DNA of 64,000 nt from Mobula hypostoma (Eukaryota), in contig NC_086097.1 of the NCBI RefSeq assembly GCF_963921235.1, positions 106,828,001 to 106,892,000 on the forward strand, written 5' to 3'. Each line of letters starts with the position of its first letter. Position 1 is the first letter of the stretch. Of this stretch, positions 23,414-35,534 are shown piece after piece. Both the position numbers and the translations under genes were made by a program. Under the pieces are notes generated by a model. It searched no databases and was not told the origin of the DNA. It saw only the letters and a list, made by a program, of their open reading frames with translations.

Positions 23414-25817
23414 TAGTAGATGATCAGCCATGATCTCAGAATGGTGGTCAGGCTCGAAGGGCCAAATGGTCTACTTCTGCACCTATTGTCTATTGACAAC
23501 CAGCAACATAATAACTGGACTATCTCAAAGTTTTCCTACATGTTGGAATTGGAAAATTTATTGTTCACCATTGTTAGATCTAATTCCTGAAACTTCCTGC
23601 TCTGCATTATGAGATTTCCTTGCAGTTGTTATGTAGAGCAGTTAAACATAAGCAATAATTGCTCAGCTTGCCAGTAATATCTATATCATATAAATGAATA
23701 AAAATAAATCTTAGTAAATACATTCTGTAATTTCTTCAGAGCCACAGAAGTCGTAAGCATCTATTTCTAAAAGGCTTATGGGAAAATGGTACAAACTTCT
23801 GAAATCAGTACCAGTTTACAATTCATATAAATATAGAAAGATCCCTTTTTCAGAAAAAGATGCTTTTTTAAAAACATACTAGTAATGGGTTCATACCAAT
23901 ATTATTTTTCCCATTGGTTAAAGAAGTACAGCACTAAATCTTATACTACACAATACTTTAAATATTTTACCTAATTCTCTATAAGTATTAGAAGTTCAAC
24001 AGTGGGTAAGCATTTCAGAGGTACACTCCAAAATGGAATGTCACCAAATGAAAGCATTCATTGGCAATGGGTCTACAATTAACATCAATAAAATGGTAGT
24101 GTCTGAATTTCTCTCCCAAGTACTAACTGCAAGCAGAGCAGTCAGTACCCAAATTAACTGCAATTACTACTACAGGCAAAGCACAAAGTATCGAATTTCA
24201 CTCCCTAATTCCTATTTCATGTGTTTGAACTTGTGAAGTGGGAATTCTTGGCAACCTACCAATGCTCATCCCAATGCCGCTCCCAACTAAATAGGACACA
24301 GGATAGAGTCACTCACCTTCTCAAGTCTCTCGTCACATACAGCCAGACTTGATTAAAATGGCCAAATTTCCCTTCAATTGAAGGACATGAGTGAAACAGA
24401 CTGGGTTGCAGAACAATTGACTCATTTCATTGAAAAAGACTGCACTTTTTAATTTCAAATTTATTTACTTACAGGATTAATTAGCAGCATGATGGGATTC
24501 AAACCAATGTCTCTGGATCAATAGTCCAGGCCTCTGGACACTAGCCCATAGAATTAAAAGAAGCACTACTGTAACTTCATAAAATAAAAATTGTAAGCAG
24601 GGCTGAATTCCGAATCTGGACTCATTCAAAAATATTAATTTGTTGAATTATATTCTCTAAATTTTCTACATAATAAAAGCTGTCTCCTTTCGGCTTCTGG
24701 TACTTGTGTACTACACTGCTTTTTCATGGAAGGAACAAAGTGGTATTTTTGATAACATAACTATCGAATGCATTTAAAAACACCGATAAAGTGTTTCAGA
24801 TCAGGTCAGTCTTCAATTACAATAATGTATGAGTTTCATAAGCTGTTTATATTCTATATTTGGAAAAAATCAACTACTTATAGAACCCTATTTTCAGAAC
24901 TAGATCAGCTAAAACTATTGAGAAAACAAGGAGGAATTTGATTCTATCTATAACCAAAAGAGACTTACTCTTAGCAAAAAGAGAAAAAAAAGTGTAGACA
25001 TGAGGGAGTGATAATGTCTAGCCGAAGGCATCTGTTGTAAAACAAATCACTGAGCTGCTAAATCGGCTATATCAATGCTCTATCAGTGTCTGTGTTCCAA
25101 ACAAATCAGAACACAAGAAGGCGAAGATTTGGGTCAATAAGCTTAGGTGATTTACACATATAACTCCTCGAGCAAGGTAGAAACAAAGTCATATTGGCTT
25201 TTTTTTTTGCAGCTTTGTGCACCCAGCTTCTGTCAGTCCAAAGAGAACTCCAAATGTTAATATAATATGCTCTGTAACTCAGATAATTTAAAGAGCTCAA
25301 ATTCATAATCCTCACAAAATGTAAAGTGGCTTTGAAGATTTTGATATTAAACGACACAAAGGCAAAGTGATCAAGGCACAGGCACTGAGTATTGATGCTA
25401 CTAGACGGATTCACACATTGGCATGGGATCTATCATTACAGCTGCTTAAGAAAGACAGAAGAATATTGACTGAAAAGGTTTGAAGGCCAGACAAAAACTG
25501 GTGCCTGATTAGAAAATGTATGACATGAACCATTGAAAGCTATCTGATGAAGAACCTGCAGCAAGGAATTAAGGCAAAGTGGAAAAGTGTCATATAGAAA
25601 AGCTTAATTACTCTAAAAATATTAAAGAAGAAGAACAGAAATATCTTGACTATTATCATGTGTTTTATTAGGAATATTAAAACAATGAAGACAGCGAATT
25701 AGATTCCAACAACTGTTATGAGTTGAAAGTCATGAAATTCTATCATATACAGTACGGCAATATTTTCTGTGCACTACCGAAATGAATTTTATCAAAAACA
25801 CAGCAGTGTTGGCACAA

Positions 25818-25980
25818 ACAACAGGAATTATGCAGACGCTGGAAATTCAAGCAACACACATCAAAGTTGCTGGTGAACGCAGCAGGCCAGGCAGCATCTC
25901 TAGGAAGAGGTACAGTCGACGTTTCAGGCCGAGACCCTTCGTCAGGGCTAACTGAAGGAAGTTAGTAAGAGATTTGAAAG
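25818..25980 (-). mobile_element. PLE pseudo-LTR fragment
   Basis: Near-identical to 8389-8550. Confidence 0.9.
25914..25949 (-). ncRNA. Minimal hammerhead ribozyme motif, intact core, one stem-I mismatch
   Basis: AGCC-CUGACGA-A-GGGUCUCGGCCU-GAAA-CG-UC^GACU. Confidence 0.8.
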
Positions 25981-25984
25981 AGAA

Positions 25985-28832
25985 TACAAGGAATAACATG
26001 AACAAAGTGGATGAGCTTAGAGTGTGGATCAGTACTTGGAGCTATGATGGTGTGGCTCAGGGGCAGGAATGGCTACTTAGAGTGCTGGGCTTTAGATGTT
26101 TCAGAAAGGACAGGGAGGGAGGCAAAAGAGGTGGGGAGGTGGCACTGTTGATCAGAGATAGTGTCAAGGCTGCAGAAAAGGAGAAAGTCATGGAAGGATT
26201 GTCTACGGAGTCTCTGTAGGTGGAAGATAGGAACAGGAAGGGGTCAATAACTCTACTGTTTTTTTTTTATTGACCACCCAATAGTAACAGTGACATCGTG
26301 GAGCAGATAGGGAGACAGATTCTGGAAGGATGTAATAATAACAGGGTTGTTGTGGTGGGACAATTTCAATAGGCATGTCCCTGGACCGAGGGGTTCAGAT
26401 GGGGTAGAGTTTGTTAGGTGTGTTCAGGAAGGTTTCCTGACATAATATGTACATAAGCCTACAAGAGCAGAGGCTGTACTTGATCTGGTACTGGGAAATG
26501 AACCTGGTCAGGTGTCAGGTCTCTCAGTGGGAGTGAATTTTGGAGATAGTGATCACATTCTATCTCCTTTACCATAGCATTGGAGAGGGATAGGAACAGA
26601 CAAGCTAGGAAAGCATTGAATTGGAGTAAGGGAAATATGAGGCTACCAGGCAGAAACTTGGAAGCATAAATTGGGAACGGATGTTCTCAGGGAAACGTAT
26701 GGAAGAAATGTGGCAAATGTTCAGGGGATATTTGCATGGAGATCTGCATAGGTACGTTCCAATGAGACAGGGAAAGGATGGTTGGGTACAGAAACTGTGG
26801 TGTACAAAGACTGTTATAAATCTAGTCAAGATGAAAAGAAGAGTTTACGAAAGGTTAAAAAAACTAGGTAATGATTGAGATCTAGAAGATTATAAGACTA
26901 ACAGGAAGGAGTTTAAGAAAGAAATTAGAAGAGCCAGAAGGGGCCATGAGAAGGCCTTGGTGAACAGGATTAAGGAAAACCCCAAGGCATTCTACAAGTA
27001 TGTGAAGAGCTCGAGGATAAGATGTGAGAGAATAGGACCAATCAAGTGTGACAATGGAAAAGTGTGTATGGAACCGGAGAAGATAGCAGAGGAAAAGGAT
27101 CGACGATTGTAGTGGACTTACAGTGGACTGAAAAGCTTGAGCATGTAGATATTAAGAAAGAGAATGTGCTGAAGCTTTTGGAAAGCATCAAGTTGGATAA
27201 GTCATTGGAACCGGACAAGATGTACCCCAGGCTACTGTGGGAGGCGAGGGAGGAGATTGCTGAGTCACTGCATTATCGATGGGGACATTGAGGGTTACAA
27301 ATGTTGTTCCCTTATTCAAGAAGCAGAGTAGAGATAGCCCAGGAAATTATAGACCAGTGAGTCTTACTTCAGTGGTTGGTAAGTTGATGGTGAAGATCCT
27401 GAGACATTTGGAGAGGCATAATATGATTAGCAATAGTCAGCATAGCTTTGTCAAAGGCAGGTCATGCCTTACAAGCCTGATTGAATTTTGAGGATGTGAC
27501 TAAACACATTGATGAAGGTAGAGCAGTAGATGTAGTGTATATGGATTTCAGCAAGGCATTTGATAAGGTACCCTATGCAAGGCTTACTGAGAAAGTAAGG
27601 AGGCATGGGATTCAAGGGGACATTGCTCTGTGGATCCAGAATTGGCTTGCCCACAGAAGGCAAAGAGTGGTTGTAGACGGGTCATATTCTGCATGGAGGT
27701 CGGTGACCAGTGGTGTGCCTCAGGGATCTGTTCTGGTACCCCTTCTCTTTGTGATTCTTATAAATGACCTGGATGAGGAAGTAGAGGGATGGGTTAGTAA
27801 ATTTGCTGATGACACAAAGGTTGGGAGTGTTGTGGATAGTGTGGAGGGCTGAAAGGTTGGGAGTGTTGTGGATAGTGTGGAGGGCTGTCAGAGGTTACAG
27901 CAGGACATCGATAGGATGCAAAACTCGGCTGAGAAGTGGCAGATGCAGTTCAACCCAGATAAGTGTGAGGTGGTTCATTTTGGTAGGTCAAATATGATGG
28001 CAGAATATAGTATTAATGGTAAGACTCTTGGCAGTGTGGAGGATCAGAGGGATCACGGGGTCCGAGTCCATAGGACACTCAAAGCTGCTCTGCAGATTGG
28101 GGGGGGGCGGGGGGAGGGAACGTCGAACGTCAACTCAGACCTTGAGAAGCCTGCGTCGGGAAAAAGGCTTGCGCAGGTTGATTCTGTGGTTAAGAAGGCA
28201 TACAGTGCATTGGTCTTAATTAACCGAGGGATTGAGTTCAAGAGCCGAGAGGTAATGTTACAGTTGTATGGGACCCTGGTCAGACCCCACTTGGAGTACT
28301 GTTCTCAGTTCTGGTCACCTCACTACAGTAAGGATATGGAAACCATAGAAAGGGTGCAGAGGAGATTTACAAGGATGTTGCCTGGATTGGGGAGCATGCC
28401 TTACAAGAACAGGTTGAGTGAACTTGGCCTTTTCTCCTTGGAGTAACGGAGGATGATAGGTGACTTGATAGAGGTGTATGAGATGATGAGAGGCATTGAT
28501 CGTGTAGATAGTCAGAGGCTTTTTCCCAGGGCTGAAATGGCTAACACCAGAGGGCACCGTTTTAAGGTGCTTGAAAGTAGGTATAGAGGAGAGGTCAGGG
28601 GTAAGTTTTTTTTATGCAGAGAGTGGTGGGGGCGTGGAATGGGCTGTCAGTGACTGTGATGGACGTGGATACAATAGGGTCTTTTAAGAGGCTCTTGGAT
28701 ATGTACATGGAGCTTAAAAAAAGTAGAGGGCTATGGGTAACGCTACATTTTTTCTAAACTAAGTACATGTTCAGCACAGCATTGTGGGCCAAAGGGCCTG
28801 TATCGCGCTGTAGGTTTTCTATGTTTCTATGA
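25985..28832 (+). mobile_element. CR1 LINE (subfamily B), disrupted ORF2
   Basis: Endonuclease and RT remnants in ORFs 25974, 27279, 27481 and 27868; (TTTCTATG) tail at ~28815-28832. Confidence 0.92.
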
Positions 28833-29029
28833 CTCTGGGTCTGTATTGAGTATTGGTTGCTAAGCTCCTGAGATGAAGATGAAGAAGTTGAAATAGGGCA
28901 GAGATAAGCTGGAGATAAACCATATGAAAGTGAGAACAGGGTATATAGTTGGCAGCAAAGGTGGCAAAGCTTTAGATTTCTCAGAATTGGTAGAATCATG
29001 CATTATATAAACACTTTGTGCTTGCTGTA

Positions 29030-29860
29030 GGCTAACCATCTCAGCCTCAGGACTTTTCTGCTAGAGTCCTTGTCCACAGGACAATGTCGGGGCAATATGC
29101 TAGCCCACTGACTAGAGCTGCTTCACCATAAGACCTCAGTTTTGCTGATGACAATGCGATGTTTGATTCAATTTCCTATGACTCAGTTAACAGAACAGTT
29201 CTTTCTCACATGTAACAAGATGCAGGCAACATTTAGGCACGGGCTGCCAAATTGCAAAGTATTTCTTACTACACACAAGTAATTGGCATTGATCACTCTA
29301 ACAAGAAACAATCAACCCATTTTCCCTTGATGTTCGACTGTTTTAGCACCAGCAGTTCCCCTGCTATCAATAACCCCAGGGTCAGCAGTGACTGCAAGCT
29401 TTGCAGTAACCACATAAATACTGCATCTCCAAGAACTGGGTAAATGACTCCCCAAAGCCTTTTAGCAATCTGCAAATCAAGTATGTGGTGAAATACTCTC
29501 CACCTCCTGGATCAGTACAGCTCCATCAATATTGAAGTAGCATGATGAAATGTTGGACAAAGCAGCTGAATTGACTCAACAAGGAGTTCCTCATAAAGGC
29601 AAGGCTACTCTGACAGCACCTCCACCACCTGGGAGGACAGTCAGCAAGCAGGTAGAATGAACAGAAACTGCATCTATCACTCTCTGTCAAAACTCATCCA
29701 AACAGGAAAAACTATTGCAAATTCTTCTTCTGCACCAGACGAGATCAACTTCCTGTAACTCCTTACTGTGAAAATATGTACATTCACCATATGATTACAT
29801 CAGTTTAAGAATGCTGTCCAACACTATCTTCTCAAGGTCAAGTTCAAAAGGATATAAATC
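29030..29860 (+). mobile_element. Ancient CR1/L2-clade LINE remnant
   Basis: Decayed QG..LSPL, FADD and WQATF-like segments; similar pieces at ~4950-5570 and ~6900-7050. Confidence 0.5.
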
Positions 29861-30442
29861 CCAGTGATGTTAACATATAACGAACTAACAAACAAATTCA
29901 TGTGAGTAGGATCTAGTAGAACTGTGAGATAGTTGTTTTTTTCTCTATTTGAGATTATGAATTAGGCTTGCCAGATAATCAGAACTATAATTGCTCAACT
30001 ATGTACCCCTGGATATTATATATGAAAAAAAGGAACATTCTATTTCACTAGCTATGCCTGTATTCACAAATCAGTGTTTTAGCTAGCAAATGATGTTTGA
30101 CTATTGTAAGTTCACCAGTCATTCACAATCATGTAATAGGCAAGACACTACCCAAAATGCAAAAGCTACAAGTTCTCAGCAAAGGATACAATTTGTACAA
30201 GCGTAGTACATAGTTATAGTGAGCCTGGATTCAGGCATGACTATGTGAGGCAATGCACCAACCCAACAGACTTTTTAACGGAACAAGAGTGATAGATCAA
30301 TGCATTATATAATGTTATAACAAGAAATGGAAAACAATCCAAATACTTTTCTATAATAAAGACTTTGTGTACTAGAGCAAAACTAAACACTACTGGACCA
30401 CGAGCATTATTTATCATGGTAAAAAGGAGTTTCTCTGGTTAC

Positions 30443-30601
30443 CTTTATCACAGTAATATTCTGTTTCTTCACAGCTGAGATGTTCTGACTCGTACTCGGC
30501 TGAGAAGTTTTCTTCCTGAGTGTAGTCTCCTCCATTAATTGCATCATTTTCTTCAGACAAACATTCTTCTTCATCATCTTCAATTGTGTCTTCCAGTGGT
30601 C
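30443..30601 (-). CDS. zfpm2: Internal coding exon (exon 2) of zinc finger protein ZFPM2 / Friend of GATA 2
   Basis: Minus strand reads ...cttactattttaatAG|GACCACTGGAA...TGTGATAAAG|GTaacc, 159 nt, phase 1-1. It translates to (R)[52 protein letters not shown](G), colinear without gaps with human ZFPM2 [54 protein letters not shown] (recalled). Exons 1 and 3 were not found in the window. Confidence 0.92.
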
Positions 30602-30985
30602 CTATTAAAATAGTAAGAGGGTTCTCTGTAATATTGTGTGCACAGATCATTACTCTAAGAGCATCCATAAGAATGTATTTTCTTGTTTCATAGAATTCCT
30701 AACAGATTCAGCAATATAAATGAGGAATCCATAAACTTTGCAACAGTGGTAGGGCAGAGTAGACCCCCCGCAACCCCCCAACCCCCAAGCTTTTTCTGAC
30801 TTGCAGCAAATTTATACAACCAATAACTTTGTTCTAATATTTAAATCTTTCTGATTAACAAGATTTGGAATCTAAACTGCAGAAAAGATCTAATATGTGT
30901 AATCTCTCCCAGTACTTTAACACTTGGAGTCCAGTAATCCAGTTTTCATTCTGGTAAAACTGTACTCTCCCTTAGTCCAATATTT

Positions 30986-31600
30986 CCATAATACCATAAA
31001 ACAAGAGAGCAGAAATAGGCCACTTGGCTGATCAAGTTTGCTCTGCAATTGAATCATGGCTAATTTACTATCTCCCTCAACCCCATTCTCCTGACTTCCA
31101 TAACCTTTGATGCCCTTTCTAATCAAGAATCTATTAACTTCTGCTTTAAATATACCCAATGACCTAGCCTCCATCTGTGGCAACAAATTAAATCTGTGGT
31201 AATCCTCTGGCTAAAAAAAAAATTTCGTCATCTCTATTCTAAAGGGAAGTCCTTCTATTTCTGAGGCTGAGCGCTCTGGTCCTAGACTCCTCCACCATAG
31301 GAAACATCCTTTCCACATCCACTCTATCTACGCCTTCCAACATGCGGTAGCTTTCAATGAGATACGCCCCTCAATCTTCTAAATTCCAGTGAGTACAGGC
31401 CCAGAGCCATCAATTTTGTCATCCAAATGATTGATATATAACATGAAAAGAGGGGTTCCCATACTTACCCCTGCGGAATATAACACAAGTCAGCCAACCA
31501 GAAAAGACCCCCTTTATTCCCAATCTTTGCATCCTGCCAGTCAATCTTCTATTCATGCTAGTATCTTTCCTGTAATACCATGGGCTCTCAGCTTTTTCTT
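30986..31600 (-). mobile_element. Old CR1 3' fragment
   Basis: Remnants SLGIFKAEVNRFL..KGIKGYG and RMQRLGIKGVFSGW; ttatgg-type tail. Confidence 0.8.
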
Positions 31601-31824
31601 CCAAAATGTGGTGCCCAGAACTGTACAGAGTATTTCATATGTAAAGCTTTGCAGAGTTATGCAAAACCATAGCTCTATTTTATTCTAGTTTCATAGGTAT
31701 ATAAACATCAACATTCTGTTAATCTGTTTTTTATTATTTCCTCCATCAGTCCATGTCATTTTAATTATCTGTGTACAAAGAATGTTAATTCTCAATTGAC
31801 CTCCACAGTAGTTGTATTTTATTT

Positions 31825-31970
31825 ATTTTAGTGCTACAGCATAGTAACAGGCCCTTTTGGCCCAATGAGCCCTTGCTGCCTAATTACACCCTTGTGATCA
31901 ATTATCCTACTACTCCTGTGTCTTTGGAATGTGGGAGGAAACTGAAGCATAAGGAAGAAAGCTATGCTAC
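31825..31970 (-). mobile_element. SINE 3' fragment
   Basis: Minus strand GTTTCCTCCCACATTCCAAAGAC central motif and AAATAAAT tail. Confidence 0.65.
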
Positions 31971-32029
31971 CATTTAAAAAGTATGAAATTTCTTTCTATT
32001 TAGGTCCATTGTCTACAGTGAACACATTT

Positions 32030-32670
32030 GAGTCATAGAGAAGTACAGCACAGAAATCAGCCCATCTAGTCCGTGCCGAATCATTTAAACTGCCTAGTCC
32101 CATTGACCTGCACTGAGACCATAGCCCTCCATACCCCTCCCATCCATGCACCTATCCAGAAACTACTCTTAAACATTGAAATTGAGATTGCATGCATCAC
32201 TTGCACTGACAGCTCATTCCACACTCTCACCATCCTCTGAGTAAAGAAGTTTCCCTTCAGGTTGCCCTTAAACTTTTCACCTGTCACCCTTAACCCATGA
32301 CCTCTAGTTGTAGTCCCACTCAATCTCCATGGAAAAAGCTTGCTTGCATGTACCCCATCTATACTCCTCATAATTTTGTATACCTCTATCAAATCTCCCC
32401 TCCATCTTCTACATTCCAAGGAATAAAGTTCTAACCTATTCAATCTTTCCTTATAACTCAGGCCCTCCAGTCCCAGTAAAATCCTTGTAAATTTTCTCTG
32501 GATTCTTTCAACCTTATTGATATTTTTACTGTACGTAGGTGACCAAAACTGCACACAATACTCTATATTAGGCTTCACCAACACCTTATACAACTTCATC
32601 ATAACATCCCATCTCCTTAACTCAATACTTTGATATATGAAGGCCAATGTGGTAAAAGCTTTCTTTATAA
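32030..32670 (-). mobile_element. CR1 3' fragment
   Basis: ORF 32081-32647 contains EYCVQFWSP, GDLIEVYKI and TRGH. Confidence 0.9.
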
Positions 32671-33276
32671 CCCTAAATATTACCTAAATGTTTCAGCTAT
32701 TTCTAATTTTATGCTTTCTTGTATACTGCTTACAATGTCACATATTTTCTTTCCCATTTTATTAGTTACTACCATGGACACCTCACCCAAAAATTCAATA
32801 AACTTCATGAACCAATCAATTATTTCTAAATTTATGCCGTTTTCTGATCAGCTAAAAGTATTTCTAAGCTTGACCCTACCAATTAACCAGCAACATAAAA
32901 TAGATCAGCTAGACAAGCTTTCTTATGGACACAGAATTATGCTCAAGCGACCTAATTAATTGATTAATTGCTCGAGGAGTTTCCAAACTAAATGAGTACT
33001 CCTTGAATTAAAAAAACTCTCCCCTCTCCAATCAAAACAAGTTTCTGCTCACACAAAATGATGCTTAATGATCCGTAATTTTGAATTCCTTGCAACCACC
33101 ACATTTCTCCCTTTTCTTTCACCGAACACCCCCGCCAAACAATTAACGTTTCTAAAGTTGTTTAGTCAATGTTGTGACATTGCTTTTAATAGCCCTATCT
33201 ATGCATTCACTGGTAAGGTATTGAACAGGCTGAACCTTTATCCAGAGAAATCGAAAGGCATGAGAGATGAACATTA

Positions 33277-33535
33277 AGGGTGGCATGACAGTGGAGTGGT
33301 TGGCATAATGGTACAACAGTGCCAGCGAGCCGGATTCACTCCCACCACTGTGTGTGGTGAGTTTGTACATTCTCCCCATAACAGTATGGGTTTCCTCCAG
33401 GTGCCCCAGTTTCCTTCCACATTCCAAAGCTGTGTGGGTTATTAGGCTGATTGGTCACATGGATGAAATTGGGTGGCATGACTCCGTGACCTGCAAGAAC
33501 CTGTAACTGTGCCATATCTTTAAATAAAATAAACA
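33277..33535 (+). mobile_element. tRNA-derived V-type SINE
   Basis: tRNA-like head, GTTTCCTTCCACATTCCAAAG motif, (AAAT) tail. Confidence 0.75.
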
Positions 33536-33802
33536 TTAAAAAGCAGAAGATTCTGGCCAGTAATATGGATGCTAAGAGGATGATTCACATAGTGGGGATA
33601 TTTAGAACTAAGATATATGGAAACCAGCTTTTTATTTTCATTCTTTTTCTGTATCTAGGCATCACCAGCAAAGCCACTATTTATCACTTTTCCTTAATTG
33701 CCCCTGAGTGGATGATGATGACACACTAACTGAACTGCTTGGTCCTATATGCCCCAGGACCAATGAAATTAAACCCGGTGAAGATGAAATAATACTGGCA
33801 TA

Positions 33803-34825
33803 CACTCAATAACCACTTTATTGGGTACCTCCCATACCTAATAAGATGGCCACTGAATGCATGTTTGTGGTCTTCCATGCACTTCAACATTCACCAAATT
33901 ACAGGAAATTTATTAATAAGGTTGAAAGAGTGCAGAGAAGGTTTATAAGGATGTTGCCGGGACTTGAGAAACTGAGTTACAGAAAAAGGTTGAATAGGTT
34001 AGGAATTTATTCCCTGGAGCATAGAAGAACGAGGGGAGATTTGATAGAGGTATATAAAATTACGATGGGTATAGATAGAGTGAACGCAAGCAGGCTTTTT
34101 CCACAGAGGCTAGGGGAGAAAAAAAACCAGAGGACAAGGGTGAAGGGGGAAAAGTTTAAATGGAACATTAGGTGGGGGAACATTAGAGAGTGGTGGGAGT
34201 GTGGAATGAGCTACCAGATGAAGAGGTAAATGCGGGCTCATTTTTAACATTTAAGAAAAACTTGCACAGGTACATGGATGAGAGGTGTATGGAGGGATAT
34301 GGTCCAGGTGCAGATCAGTGCGACTAGGCAGAAAAATGGTTCGGCACAGCCAAGATGGGCCAAAAGACCAGTTCCTGTGCTGTAATGTTCTATGGTTCTA
34401 TGGTTCTACATATGGGTAATCTGAGTTACTGTCACATTCGCGTCAGCTCGAAGCAATCTGGCCATTCTCCTCTGACCTCTCTCATTAACAAGGCACTTTT
34501 GCCAACAGAACTGTCGCTCATTGGATGTTTTTTGTTTACTGCACCATTCTCTGTAAACTCTAGAGACTGTTGTGCATGAAAATCCCAAGAGATCAGCAGT
34601 TTCTGAGATACTCAAGCCACCCTGTCTGGCACCAACAATCGTTTCACATTCAGTCACTCAGATTACATTTACTCTCCATTCTGATGTTTGGTCTGAACGA
34701 CAACTGAACCTCTTCACTATATTTGCATGCTTTATGCATTGAGTTGTTGCCATATGATTGGTTGATTAGATATTTGCATTAATGAGCAGGTGTACAGGCG
34801 TACCTAATAAAGTGGCCACTAAGGG
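33803..34825 (-). mobile_element. Tc1-like DNA transposon, internally deleted
   Basis: TA-flanked TIRs of type CACTCAGTGGCCACTTTATTAGGTAC; ORF 34406-34657 IVGARQGGLSISETADLLGFSCTTVSRVYREW is a Tc1 transposase N-terminal HTH. Confidence 0.88.
33890..34407 (+). mobile_element. CR1 (subfamily C) 3' fragment nested in the Tc1 element
   Basis: KVERVQRRF...GDLIEVYKI; (TTCTATGG)n tail; similar to 57047-57550. Confidence 0.9.
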
Positions 34826-35534
34826 TATTTTCGAGTCAGGATGTGTGTGATTTTATGGATATAGAACAGCTAGGTGAAAAGATAAGGATACAGCAGATGA
34901 AATGTTGCATACAAAAATATGGTGTTTGTCTGTAAACTTAACGGATTTAAGTTCCAATACAACAATCTGCCATGCCATAATATTTACCATATTGCTTAGA
35001 TACTACAATTCAGATGTTTCAATCACATAAAAATAATTTCAGCATCTTTGCTAAAAATAATACAAGGAAGCATTCAAGATCATGATTAACGACCTTACGA
35101 GCATAAAAAGATTAAAATATTGGAAATATTCAGGTCAGAATCTGGTCAGTCCTGCTGAGTATTTCTAGAATTTTCTCTTTTTATTTTAGATTTCAAGCAT
35201 CCCAGTTTTGTTTATATTTTCCTTTACCTGTACGTAAATGTTCATCTTAAGCTAGAGATTCAAGATTGCACTTTCTACTGGTCACTTTTAGCTATGTGCC
35301 TTACTTGTCATTTAAGGACATTTAGTTGCTTACTCACTTGTCTAATCAACAAATTGCACAATAGAAAAGATGCAGTATATTGTTGAAAGTAACTTGTTGG
35401 TTTGAAAAGGGCTGGAGAGACAAAGAGAAACATGTCCAAAAATTATATAACACAGGTTAAGGCGTGGACGTGAAGGGCTAAAAAGCCTGATTCCATGCGA
35501 TATGACTCTTTGATTCTACGAGTTGAATCCAATT

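Larger units (their letters stand above)
19540..23495 (+). mobile_element. Near full-length CR1 LINE (ORF1 esterase plus ORF2 APE-RT)
   Basis: ORF1 and ORF2 in tandem, 3' hairpin and short (CTATTGT) tail; 5' boundary uncertain. Confidence 0.95.

Noticed and set aside
30414..30668. 84-aa ORF as a stand-alone gene
   Set aside because: Only 30443-30601 is bounded by splice sites and matches ZFPM2; the flanks are intronic.
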